From: an uncultured delta proteobacterium
GTDB taxonomy: Bacteria > Myxococcota_A > Polyangia > Fen-1088
Length of the DNA stretch: 64,000 bases
Direction of reading: 5' to 3'
Assembly: GCA_963796685.1 (NCBI GenBank)
Contig: CAWCMR010000008.1
Span: 352,001 to 416,000, forward strand
The notes below the pieces were generated by a model. That model saw nothing but the letters and a program-made list of their open reading frames with translations. It did not search any database and was not told the DNA's origin. Positions 53,517-62,834 of the stretch are shown in pieces. Each line of letters opens with the position of its first letter. Position 1 is the first letter of the stretch. Both the position numbers and the translations under genes were made by a program.

Positions 53517-55691
53517 ATGGCTGCATTTGGAAACCTAACGCTTTTAGTCTCTTTTGTAGTTGCCGCACTGGCCGGTGTCACCTCGTTCGTGGGAATCCGC
53601 CGCGGCTCGGAGCGGCTCATGCGTGCCGGCCGCGCAGCGGTCTACCTACTCGCCACCACCCTCGCCATGTCCATCGCGGCCATGGCGCACGCCTTCACGT
53701 CGAGTGATTTCTCCATCAAGTACGTCCAGCACTACTCCGAGGCGGGGCAACCCTTCGCCTACAAGCTGACCGCGGTGTGGGGCGGCCTCGACGGGTCAAT
53801 CCTGTTTTGGGTGTTCTTGCTCGCCATTTGCTCGGCCATCGCGGTCAGGACGCTGTGGCGACGCGAGCCCGCCATCACCGCCTACGCCATCACCGTGCTG
53901 ATGGGCGCATGCGACTTCTTCATCTACCTCGTGGTCTACGAGAAGAACCCGTTCGACACCTTCCTGGTGTCCCAACCGGCCACCGGCCAGGGCATGAATC
54001 CCCTGTTGCAGAATCCCTACATGGTCGCGCACCCGCCGTCGCTCTACGCGGGCTTCGTCGGGCTGACCATTCCCTACGCCTTTGCCATGGGCGCGCTCAT
54101 GGCGGGCAAGTTCGGCAACGTGTGGTACCCGCTGATCAAGCGCTGGCTGCTCTCGGCCTGGTTCGTGCTGTCGCTGGGACTGACCCTCGGCATGATCTGG
54201 GCCTACGAGGTCTTGGGTTGGGGCGGTTTCTGGGCCTGGGATCCGGTCGAGAACGCCGGCCTTCTGCCCTGGCTCATGGCCACGGCCCTCATCCACTCGG
54301 CCAAGGTGCAAGAGCGCCGCGGGCTCTACGTACGCTGGAACTTCACGCTGGTCATCTTCGCCTTCTTCCTGACCATCGTCGGCACCTTCATGACCCGGTC
54401 GGGAATCGTGCAGTCGGTTCACGCCTTCGGCAAGGACATCCACCTGGCCTACGTCTTCGGCGCCTTCATGGCGGTCATCCTGATCTTCAGCTTCGGGTTG
54501 ATGTACTGGCGGCGGCGGGAGCTGCGCCCCTCGGAGGCCATCGGTTCGATCCTCTCGCGCGAATCCATGCTCGGCATCGGCAATTGGTGCTTCGTCCTTG
54601 CGACGGCCATCGTGCTGGTTGCCACCCTCTTCCCGACCATTTCCGAATCCATCATGCACGAACGCGTGAACGTGACGTCCGCCTTCTTCAATCGCACCAT
54701 GGTGCCGGTCGGCATCGTGTTGCTGCTTCTGACCGGCACCGGCTCGCTCTTTCCCTGGCGGGGCATGGAGAAGACCGTGGCCCGAAGGCGCGCCCTGCTG
54801 CCCGTCGGAGCCGGAGCGGTCATGCTGGTGGTGAGCGGCATCATGGGTGGACGTCAGTCTCCGGCCGCCGTGATCTGCTTCGCGGTTTGTGCCTTCGTCG
54901 CCACCGTCATCGTCCAGGAGCTCGTGCGCGGCGCGCGCAGTCGGCAAAAGACCAGCGGCGATTCCTTCCCCGTGGCCATGGGCGGCGTGATCTTCAAGGC
55001 TCGTCAGCCGTACGCCGGCTACATCGTGCACATGGGCCTGGTGCTGATGTTCGTGGGCTTCGCGGGCCAGGCCTTCCAACACGAAGAAACCGCGGTGATC
55101 GGGGTGGGCGAGAGCAAGGACTTCGGTTCCTACAAACTGCGTTTCGACGGCATGACCCAAGGACGCGACCTCATCAAGGAAAGCTATCGCGCCGACATCG
55201 CGGTCTCGTCCGACGGCAAGAGCCTGGGCCACCTGAAGCCGGGACGCGACTTCTACGATCAGCGCCCGAACGAGCCCGTCAGCCAGGTGGCCATCAGGCG
55301 CGGTGTCGCCGAGGATCTCTATATTACCCTCGGCAGCTACGATGAGGCCCGGCGCGCGGTGGCGCTCAAGCTGGTGCGCAATCCCCTGGTGGACTGGCTG
55401 TGGCTGGGATTCCTGGTCATGGCTTTCGGCGCCCTCCTCATCCTGGTACCCGCGCGCGCCCAGGAAGCCGAGGCCGGCCACCGCTCGCTGTGGGTCACCC
55501 TCGCCGCCGGGCTGGGCATGGCTGCACTCGCGGCCCTGGCGGGCAAGGCGATCCTGCACATGCCCGTCTCGGCCCAACTAGGAACCCTGGCCTTGTGCGG
55601 CCTCACGGTCGGACTGGCCGGGCTGGCCTGCTACAGCTTGCTGCAGTCGCTGATGGTGCCTGGCGAGGATTCGGGCACCAAGGCGCGGTAG
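53517..55691 (+). CDS. ccmF: Cytochrome c heme lyase subunit CcmF/NrfE
   Basis: GMNPLLQ..HPP, WAYEVLGWGGFWAWDPVEN (WWD domain), RSG..SVHAF. Confidence 0.92.
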   Translation: MAAFGNLTLLVSFVVAALAGVTSFVGIRRGSERLMRAGRAAVYLLATTLAMSIAAMAHAFTSSDFSIKYVQHYSEAGQPFAYKLTAVWGGLDGSILFWVFLLAICSAIAVRTLWRREPAITAYAITVLMGACDFFIYLVVYEKNPFDTFLVSQPATGQGMNPLLQNPYMVAHPPSLYAGFVGLTIPYAFAMGALMAGKFGNVWYPLIKRWLLSAWFVLSLGLTLGMIWAYEVLGWGGFWAWDPVENAGLLPWLMATALIHSAKVQERRGLYVRWNFTLVIFAFFLTIVGTFMTRSGIVQSVHAFGKDIHLAYVFGAFMAVILIFSFGLMYWRRRELRPSEAIGSILSRESMLGIGNWCFVLATAIVLVATLFPTISESIMHERVNVTSAFFNRTMVPVGIVLLLLTGTGSLFPWRGMEKTVARRRALLPVGAGAVMLVVSGIMGGRQSPAAVICFAVCAFVATVIVQELVRGARSRQKTSGDSFPVAMGGVIFKARQPYAGYIVHMGLVLMFVGFAGQAFQHEETAVIGVGESKDFGSYKLRFDGMTQGRDLIKESYRADIAVSSDGKSLGHLKPGRDFYDQRPNEPVSQVAIRRGVAEDLYITLGSYDEARRAVALKLVRNPLVDWLWLGFLVMAFGALLILVPARAQEAEAGHRSLWVTLAAGLGMAALAALAGKAILHMPVSAQLGTLALCGLTVGLAGLACYSLLQSLMVPGEDSGTKAR

Positions 55692-55758
55692 GGCTGGCGA
55701 GCCTCTGGCGAGGCCGTCCAACCGTTCAGCGACGTCAAGAAGCTGCTAGACTTGCGCC

Positions 55759-56343
55759 ATGCCTTCGGCCACGGCGAAGTCTCGACCCGCCACCTACGAG
55801 GACATCCTGCGTCTTCCTGACCACGTCGTCGGCGAGATCATCGACGGCGACTTGATCGTCTCACCCCGCCCAGCCGCCCGTCACGCGCGCGCCAGCTCCT
55901 CGCTTGGCATCGAGATCGGAGGGCCGTTCGATCATGGCCGCGGCGCGCCTGGCGGGTGGATCATCCTTGACGAACCCGAGCTGCATCTCGGCAAGCAAGT
56001 GCTGGTGCCCGACCTGGCGGGTTGGCGGCGCGAGCGTATGCCCGCCTGTCCCGACGTCGCCTGGTTCTCGCTTGCGCCCGACTGGGCGTGCGAGGTGATC
56101 TCCCCCTCCACCGCCCTGCTCGACCGGACCCGCAAGCAGGACATCTACCGCGAGCACGGCGTGGCTAGGTTGTGGTTTGTCGATCCGGCCACACGCACCA
56201 TCGAGGTTGTCCGTGCCGGCGAGCCAGGCTGGCTGGTCAGCGGCACCTTCGGCGAGGCCGGCGAGGCTCGCATTCCACCCTTCGATGCGGTGGCACTGAA
56301 CCTCGGTGCGCTATGGGACATCGGACCCGCCCCAACGCCGTGA
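55759..56343 (+). CDS. Uma2/DUF820 family putative endonuclease
   Basis: EIIDG.L..SPRP..H, PDLAGW, PDWACEVISPST..D..K. Confidence 0.9.
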   Translation: MPSATAKSRPATYEDILRLPDHVVGEIIDGDLIVSPRPAARHARASSSLGIEIGGPFDHGRGAPGGWIILDEPELHLGKQVLVPDLAGWRRERMPACPDVAWFSLAPDWACEVISPSTALLDRTRKQDIYREHGVARLWFVDPATRTIEVVRAGEPGWLVSGTFGEAGEARIPPFDAVALNLGALWDIGPAPTP

Positions 56344-56935
56344 TGTGCAATAACTACGCTCCGCACAATCAAGGCTGGTGTCGACACAAAAGTAGCCTTG
56401 CCAAGAGTCACATTTTATCTCAGGATTCGCCGCTATGAGCCATAGTGCTAGCTCCATATTCCGCCGCAATAAAGTCCTTCAAGCAGTCGTTGCCAGCACC
56501 CTCTGGCTGTGCGCGGCCACGCCGGTCCTTGCTGCGAGCAAGCAGGCACGGGAACGCACCGCGAGAACGGCATGCCTTAACGGCAACTACACGACGGGCG
56601 TGTCCATCCTTTCGGACCTATTCGTCGACACCAAAGATGCAACCTACATCTTCAACCAAGGCCGTTGCTTTGAACAGAACCAGCGGTACGAAGATGCGAT
56701 TGGCCGTTTCGAGGAGTATATGCGGGCAGCCGAAGCATCGCGCTCCGGCCTCGCTCCGGAGGACAAAGCCGCCGCCGACAAACACATCGCGAAGTGCAAA
56801 GAGCTGCTCGCCGAGCAACTCGGCAAGTCGGCCACGCCAACAGCACCACAGACTTTCTCGCCGCCAGCGCCTGCGCCCGCCGCGGCACCCGCACCGGCAC
56901 CGCGACCAGAAGCAACGCCAGTACCGCTCATTTCC

Positions 56936-58259
56936 GGCTCCTCGCTATTTGGAATGGATTGAATTGGGAAATGCACAGGGAAGTCTGAAGTCCAGTTTTG
57001 ACAGCAGCAGATAAATCACAGTCTTCATTTTGCGCGCGGAGCGAAAGCCACGCGCCCGCGCCTTGGCCGCCTGGATGAGGCTGTTGAGTCCTTCCAAGAG
57101 ACCATTCGTCAGGCCTGACATGAACCATCTCATCACGCCTGCCTGGTGCGCCTTGAGGGTCTTGGCGGCCCTGATGACGGGTTCCAATCGGCTATGGGTG
57201 GCCCAGAAATACCAGCGCTGAAACCACGCCTCCGCTTCATCCGCACTCAGGCTATACAACTCCTGTAGCATGAGCTTGATGTGGTAGGCCCGCGCAGTGG
57301 CCAATTTGGAGGAGCGCAAGACCGCGAAGTGCTCCCTGTTCTCGGATTTGATGTTGGCCTCGTTCCTCAGCCAGTCGTGGCGCGTGCCCTTCAACTCCGG
57401 AGAGGACTTCTGCTCCTGCCTTCGCACCTCATCGATTGCGTCGTTCATGAGTTGGATGACATGGAACCTGTCGAAGGTTAGGTGCGCCGCCGGAAACGTC
57501 TCCAAGATGCCCTTGATGAATGCCTGCGACATGTCGAGACTGAAGTCCGTCACCTTCTTCACGTCTCCACCGTGAGCGAGCAGATCGTCCTTGAAACAAG
57601 CCACCGTGCCGTGATCTTTCCCCTCCGTGACGAACAAGACTTTCGCCGCAACCATGTCGGCAAAGACCGTGACATAGACGTGGTTCTTCTGCCGCGAAGT
57701 CTCGTCGACGCCAACCTCGGCGACCTGGCTGTAGTCGGCTCGCTCACGGGCCTCGTCCACGTAGTGTTCCAGGATGCGCCACAGGAGCGTGTCATGCTCG
57801 CCGACGATGCGACCGACCGCCGCCACCGTGAGGCCGTTGCGTGCCAGTTCCACCACCATCGCCTCGAAGAGAAGGGTGAAGTTCGACCCGCCACGAGCCC
57901 ATGGCACATCGACCGTCAAGACGCCGTGCTTGTCACACTTGGTTCGAGGTTGTCTTGCCTCGACATAGGTGAGGTACTGGAAGAAGTTCAGGTGTCGCCA
58001 TGTCTGCGGCGAGGCATCGTGTACCTTGCAAGCATCGCCACACGTAGGGCAAGGGAAGGTGCTCCCCGGCTTGAAGTCGACTTTGATGTCGAGGCGCTTC
58101 TTCTCGGCGTCAAGGTTCAGCTCTACGACCTCCCATGGATTGACCATGCCGAGAGCCACTGTAAAAAGCGCATTGACGTCAAGACCAGAACTTGGATTTT
58201 GCACCACGGAAGATTAGCGGAACAACCAACCTCGCGTCCATTTTAGACAGCGAGGAGCC
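56936..58259 (-). mobile_element. ISL3-family insertion sequence (1324 bp)
   Basis: IRs GGCTCCTCGCTATTTGGAATGGA / GGCTCCTCGCTGTCTAAAATGGA; 8-bp TSD TCATTTCC at 56928-56935 and 58260-58267. Confidence 0.95.
56945..58207 (-). CDS. ISL3 transposase
   Basis: CPTC zinc finger, GVDET, DMS, DRFH, TNG..EGLN. Confidence 0.95.
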   Translation of the reverse strand: MVQNPSSGLDVNALFTVALGMVNPWEVVELNLDAEKKRLDIKVDFKPGSTFPCPTCGDACKVHDASPQTWRHLNFFQYLTYVEARQPRTKCDKHGVLTVDVPWARGGSNFTLLFEAMVVELARNGLTVAAVGRIVGEHDTLLWRILEHYVDEARERADYSQVAEVGVDETSRQKNHVYVTVFADMVAAKVLFVTEGKDHGTVACFKDDLLAHGGDVKKVTDFSLDMSQAFIKGILETFPAAHLTFDRFHVIQLMNDAIDEVRRQEQKSSPELKGTRHDWLRNEANIKSENREHFAVLRSSKLATARAYHIKLMLQELYSLSADEAEAWFQRWYFWATHSRLEPVIRAAKTLKAHQAGVMRWFMSGLTNGLLEGLNSLIQAAKARARGFRSARKMKTVIYLLLSKLDFRLPCAFPNSIHSK

Positions 58260-58632
58260 TCATTTCCGCGCCGCCCGAGTCGCATCCGTCATCCGCCGGC
58301 ACCGGCTCGGGACTGCGAACGGCCGGCGTCATCACAGCCTCTGTCGGTGTCGCAGCCGTGGTCGTTGGGATCGTTTTCAATGTGAAGTCGAACAGCATCA
58401 TCAGCAACTTTGAAACGAAGCCCGGCAGCTACACGCCCAGCCAGGACTCTAGCCGTAAGACTTACCAAAGCCTCGCCTGGGTGAGCTACGGCGTAGGAGC
58501 GGCGTGCGTCGCGACTGGCGCGGTGCTCTTCGGGATCGGATTCAACGCGGGCAGGACCTCCTCGACAAGCGTGGCTCTGTTTCCCACAGTAGGAGACGGC
58601 CAGGCTGGCGTCTTGCTGACTGGAGGTTTCTG

Positions 58633-60699
58633 ATGAAAACGCGTCGCCGTACCCCAGCGTTCTGGGCCGTCTCCCTGGCTTGCCTCAATTCTCTAGCCTG
58701 CTTTAGCAGTTTCGACCCTTCGAAGATCGAGTGCGTGAGCGACCCAACCTGCCCGAGCGGCTACGTCTGCTCCCGGACGCCTGGCCAAGACCATGGCACC
58801 TGCGTTTCCAAAGGGCAAAACGGAGGCACGAGCGACGGTCCCCTCGCATCGCCGGTCGACGGCAGCAGCGCCCCAGACCGAGCTACGTACGACAGTAGCC
58901 AGGGTGACAGCGGATGGTTTGTCGACGGCCCGATTGGCGCCGAAGGGACCGCTGAGACTGGAACCTCGACTCCTCCGAAGGACGGACCCAGTGCTGACGC
59001 GGCAGATGTGCCGACCAACGCCGGCCCTGAAGCCGGCACATCGACTGACGCGACGGACGCGCCCGCTGGCTCCGGTCCTGAGGTTTCTAGTAGCGACGTC
59101 TCGACGACCCTTCCAAACGGCTCAGCTTGCACAGTCGACCTGCAATGTACAAACGCCCATTGTGTCGACGGCATCTGCTGCAACACCCAGTGTGATGGCC
59201 AGTGTGAGTCGTGTGCCGAAAGTGGCTCCACAGGAACTTGCAAGGTCCGCACGGGAGCCCCAATCGCTACGCGCACTGCCTGCAGCGGCTCAGGAACGTG
59301 CAAGGGTCAGTGCGACGGCAGCACCAAGTCGTGCGTCTACGCTGGGAGCTCCACAGTTTGCACGCAGGCAAGTTGTGTAAATGGCAGTGCTTCGCCAGCG
59401 TCGAACTGCGATGGCGCGGGCAACTGCCCAGCGGTAACGGCGAGTCAATGCGCAGGCGATTTGTGCGCAAGCGATGGCAGCGGCAAATGCGCCGCAAGTT
59501 GTACGGCAACATCCTGTTCGGCGGGCACCTACTGCAGTGCGGCGGGTGCATGCGCTCCCAAGAAGACCCCGGGGACGGCTTGCTCGTCGACAGCCGAATG
59601 TACGACCGGGATCTGCGTGGACGGAGTGTGTTGCAACACGGCCTGCACCGGTCAGTGCCAGGTATGTAACACCACTGGCACTTGCGTTAACAACTCCTCG
59701 GGGGCGCCCGTCGGCGGTCGCGGTGCCTGCACGGGTGCGGGTACCGCCTGTGGCGGAACCTGCGATGGCACCACGGACGGATGTGTCTACCCAGGTGTGA
59801 GCAAGAGCTGCGGAACCGCTACCTGCTCTTCCGACTTGACGATGTTCAATTGGACGGCATGCAACGGGCTAGGTGCCTGCTCATCGCCGCAGACGACAAG
59901 CTGCGGCACAGCAGACTACTGCAGTGGCGGTGCGTGTACGACCAAGCTAACCTCCGGGGCTTGCCAAAGCAACACCCAATGCCAAAGCGGAAACTGCTCG
60001 ATTTACTCGGTTACGGGCACGAGCATTTGTTGCCAGTCCGGCTACTCAAACTGCGGGAGTTGCTCATACCTACAAACTGACCCTGCCAACTGCGGATCGT
60101 GCGGGAACAAGTGCGGGCCGAATCGTACGTGCTCGAACGGATCCTGCTCCTGCGCGGGCTATGCCTTCACCTGCGGAGGTTGTGGAAGCTGGAACTTCGA
60201 ATCGGGCACGACGGAAAGTTGGGCGATCGGCTATGATGCCTGGGCTACGGATAATTACATGCACAACGGGGTCGTGAACGCCCTGCCGACCAGCAGCGTA
60301 GTCCATGGCGGAAGCAGCCATGCGCTGGCGGCCACGCTTAGCATGGATGGCACAAGTATCATCTGGGCCGCAATTGCGGTTCCACTTTGTCAGACCAACG
60401 GGGTGAACTTGGCCGGCTTCACGCTGTCTTTTTATGTATACTTTGCTGGCCCAGCGTTTAGCGCCCCAATGGCAAATAGTATCAGCGCCGACGCCTGGAA
60501 CGCCTCTCAGAATTCAGTTGACACTTCAACTGGTGTGAATGGTCTGTACCAAACTGCAACCAATACGTGGGTGCCAATACTGCTTAATTTCCCCACTGTC
60601 ATGACCCAGCCGATGGATCACTTGGACATCCGTTTCGCGTCAGGAGTGCCATGGAACGGCACGATGTACCTTGATGACATCCAACTGTCGCCGCCGTAG
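58633..60699 (+). CDS. Cys-rich repeat lipoprotein with STIG1-like motif and C-terminal carbohydrate-binding-like domain
   Basis: TGATG coupling to the upstream gene; lipobox LAC; repeated CVDG.CCN..C.GQC; LQTDPANCGSCGNKC; FESGT..W ... YLDDI.L tail. Confidence 0.75.
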   Translation: MKTRRRTPAFWAVSLACLNSLACFSSFDPSKIECVSDPTCPSGYVCSRTPGQDHGTCVSKGQNGGTSDGPLASPVDGSSAPDRATYDSSQGDSGWFVDGPIGAEGTAETGTSTPPKDGPSADAADVPTNAGPEAGTSTDATDAPAGSGPEVSSSDVSTTLPNGSACTVDLQCTNAHCVDGICCNTQCDGQCESCAESGSTGTCKVRTGAPIATRTACSGSGTCKGQCDGSTKSCVYAGSSTVCTQASCVNGSASPASNCDGAGNCPAVTASQCAGDLCASDGSGKCAASCTATSCSAGTYCSAAGACAPKKTPGTACSSTAECTTGICVDGVCCNTACTGQCQVCNTTGTCVNNSSGAPVGGRGACTGAGTACGGTCDGTTDGCVYPGVSKSCGTATCSSDLTMFNWTACNGLGACSSPQTTSCGTADYCSGGACTTKLTSGACQSNTQCQSGNCSIYSVTGTSICCQSGYSNCGSCSYLQTDPANCGSCGNKCGPNRTCSNGSCSCAGYAFTCGGCGSWNFESGTTESWAIGYDAWATDNYMHNGVVNALPTSSVVHGGSSHALAATLSMDGTSIIWAAIAVPLCQTNGVNLAGFTLSFYVYFAGPAFSAPMANSISADAWNASQNSVDTSTGVNGLYQTATNTWVPILLNFPTVMTQPMDHLDIRFASGVPWNGTMYLDDIQLSPP

Positions 60700-60910
60700 A
60701 GTTCATATGCGGACATGCCGCGCAATCCAGCTCCGATTTGCTCTGTCCCGCATATCAGCTTTCACGAAGATATCCCCCATACCCAGACAATCCAAAGACG
60801 GTCGCGAAAACAGTAGCTCGACGGATCTTCTGTGGTAGGAATTTACACAGTCAGGGTGAGCGAGCCGTTATCAATTTCCACCAGGGCCCGGTGCAACGCA
60901 GGCAGGTGCG

Positions 60911-61729
60911 ATGTCTAGCGGCTCGGGCAAGTGGGCGAGCAGCAGCCTTCGGCTACTGAAGGAACCCACGGTTCACTTCTTCATCATCGGGGCCTTGCTC
61001 TTCCTTGCCCACCGGATGATCGTGGGCGACCCGAGAGTCATCGTCGTCAGCCCTGGTCTCAAGGCCGAATTGAAGCGGCGATTCGCCGACGAGTATGGTC
61101 GTCAGCCTAGCCCCGCGGATTTCGAGGCGGCCCTCGATAAGTGGAAGGGGGACGAGGCCCTCTATCGTGAAGCGCTCCGGGAAAGGCTTGACCGGAACGA
61201 CGCGACGGTTCGGACCGTCTTGGTCGACAAGGTACGTCTGCGCGCCGTGCAAGAAATGCCGAAACGAAAGCCGACCGACGCAGATCTCAATGACTGGCTG
61301 GCCTCACACCGCGACGCCTACGAGATCCCGGTGAAATACGACTTCGAGTCCGTGGCCTTTCCGAAAGCCGACGCGTCGGCGGAAAAGCTCCGCTCGAGCT
61401 ACGCGGGCGCGCTCGCGGAAGGAGCGAATCAGGCAAAATTGGGGCGTCCGATTCTGAGCGGCAACCTGACGCGCGATCAGCTGAAGGAGAAATTCGGTCC
61501 CATCCTTTCGGCAAGCATATGCGCTCTGCCCGTCGGAAAATGGCAGGCGCTCGAAAGCGACGAAAGCCTGCTGCTCGTTCGCCTGAACGGCACCAGCGGT
61601 GGGCTTCCAAGCCGGGACGTTCTCAGGCCGCGCTTGACCTACGATTGGCTCGCCTCGAAACAGCAGCAAGCTGTCGCGCGTGCGATTAAGGAAATCAGCG
61701 GTCGTTATCGCTTCGAGGAGTCTCGGTGA
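60911..61729 (+). CDS. Parvulin-like (Rotamase_2) peptidyl-prolyl isomerase-like protein
   Basis: LKEP.VHF..IG, EALYREA....LDRND; typical partner of HupE/UreJ_2 genes. Confidence 0.7.
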   Translation: MSSGSGKWASSSLRLLKEPTVHFFIIGALLFLAHRMIVGDPRVIVVSPGLKAELKRRFADEYGRQPSPADFEAALDKWKGDEALYREALRERLDRNDATVRTVLVDKVRLRAVQEMPKRKPTDADLNDWLASHRDAYEIPVKYDFESVAFPKADASAEKLRSSYAGALAEGANQAKLGRPILSGNLTRDQLKEKFGPILSASICALPVGKWQALESDESLLLVRLNGTSGGLPSRDVLRPRLTYDWLASKQQQAVARAIKEISGRYRFEESR

Positions 61730-62706
61730 CTCGGGGCCAGGCGATCAAGCTTGCTTTCCTGGGCGCCGCTGCCGGCCTGTTTGGCGCCACGGGCGAGGCC
61801 CATGGACACGATCTCAATTCTGCCTCGCTTTCCCTGACCGAGGTGAGCGACGGCCGCTTTCTGATGCGCTGGCAGGCGAGCTCCTTCGCACTCGAGAGGG
61901 AATTCTCAACCCCGGCCATATTTCCAACGCCATGTCGAGTGCAGTTGCCATACGTCGACTGCGGCGCTTTCGGCCTGGTCGGCGCCCTGGAATTCCCCTG
62001 GCTCAAGGGAACCGAAACCAACTTGATGGTCGACATCGAATGGCGCAGCGGCGCTAGGCTCCTTCGCGTGCTGACCGCCAGCTCGCCGCGCATGCCGGTC
62101 TACGGCATCCCCGCTTCCGCCGGCCTTCGCTTCTTGAAGCCGATCGCGCTCGACTATACGCGACTGGGAATCGAGCACATCTTGACCGGTTTCGATCATC
62201 TGCTGTTCGTTATCGCCCTCACGCTTCTCGTGCGCAGAAGAAAGATGCTACTTGCCAGCATCACGGCCTTCACGGTTGCCCACAGCCTGACGTTGGCTTG
62301 TGCCGTGCTCGGGTTGCTGAGACTGCCCTCTCCACCCGTCGAGGCCTCGATAGCACTTTCCATCGTCCTCGTGTGCGGAGAGTGCTTACGGCCCGCGGAC
62401 TCGCTTGCTCACCAAGCGCCCTGGGCGGTGACCTTCGCGTTCGGCCTGTTACACGGTCTCGGCTTTGCATCCGCGCTGCTCGCGGTCGGTCTGCCCGAAG
62501 AGCACGTACCTGCGGCGCTCTTCTTCTTCAATGTTGGCGTCGAGATCGGGCAGCTCGGGGTGATCGCCTTGGTGCTCGCGCTGCGCTGGCTCATGTCCCG
62601 CCTTCGCTTGCAAAGGCCCGCCCTTGGGCGTGGCCTGGTCTATGTGCTGGGGTCCACCGCCGCCTATTGGTCCGTCGAACGGGTCCTTGCTGTCTTCACA
62701 GGTTAG
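61726..62706 (+). CDS. HupE/UreJ-family membrane protein
   Basis: LGIEHILTGFDHLLF, AFTVAHSLTL, FGLLHGLGFA, FNVGVEIGQL. Confidence 0.9.
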   Translation: MTRGQAIKLAFLGAAAGLFGATGEAHGHDLNSASLSLTEVSDGRFLMRWQASSFALEREFSTPAIFPTPCRVQLPYVDCGAFGLVGALEFPWLKGTETNLMVDIEWRSGARLLRVLTASSPRMPVYGIPASAGLRFLKPIALDYTRLGIEHILTGFDHLLFVIALTLLVRRRKMLLASITAFTVAHSLTLACAVLGLLRLPSPPVEASIALSIVLVCGECLRPADSLAHQAPWAVTFAFGLLHGLGFASALLAVGLPEEHVPAALFFFNVGVEIGQLGVIALVLALRWLMSRLRLQRPALGRGLVYVLGSTAAYWSVERVLAVFTG

Positions 62707-62834
62707 CCTGACGGACCTTATCACCCCATGCTGCCCCGGCGGACACTCCGGAGGTGGACCAGCATCTGGATAGGAAGTCAGAGGGCGATCCTAAGCATGT
62801 TGGCTGGGAACGCCGCGTGGACACGATGAGGCTG

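Larger units (their letters stand above)
56435..58633 (+). pseudogene. Secreted TPR-type protein gene interrupted by ISL3
   Basis: 56435-56935 plus 58268-58633 join in frame (..PVPLIS|APPESHP..) to give about 288 aa: signal peptide, FNQGRCFEQ TPR, C-terminal LTGGF. Confidence 0.85.
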
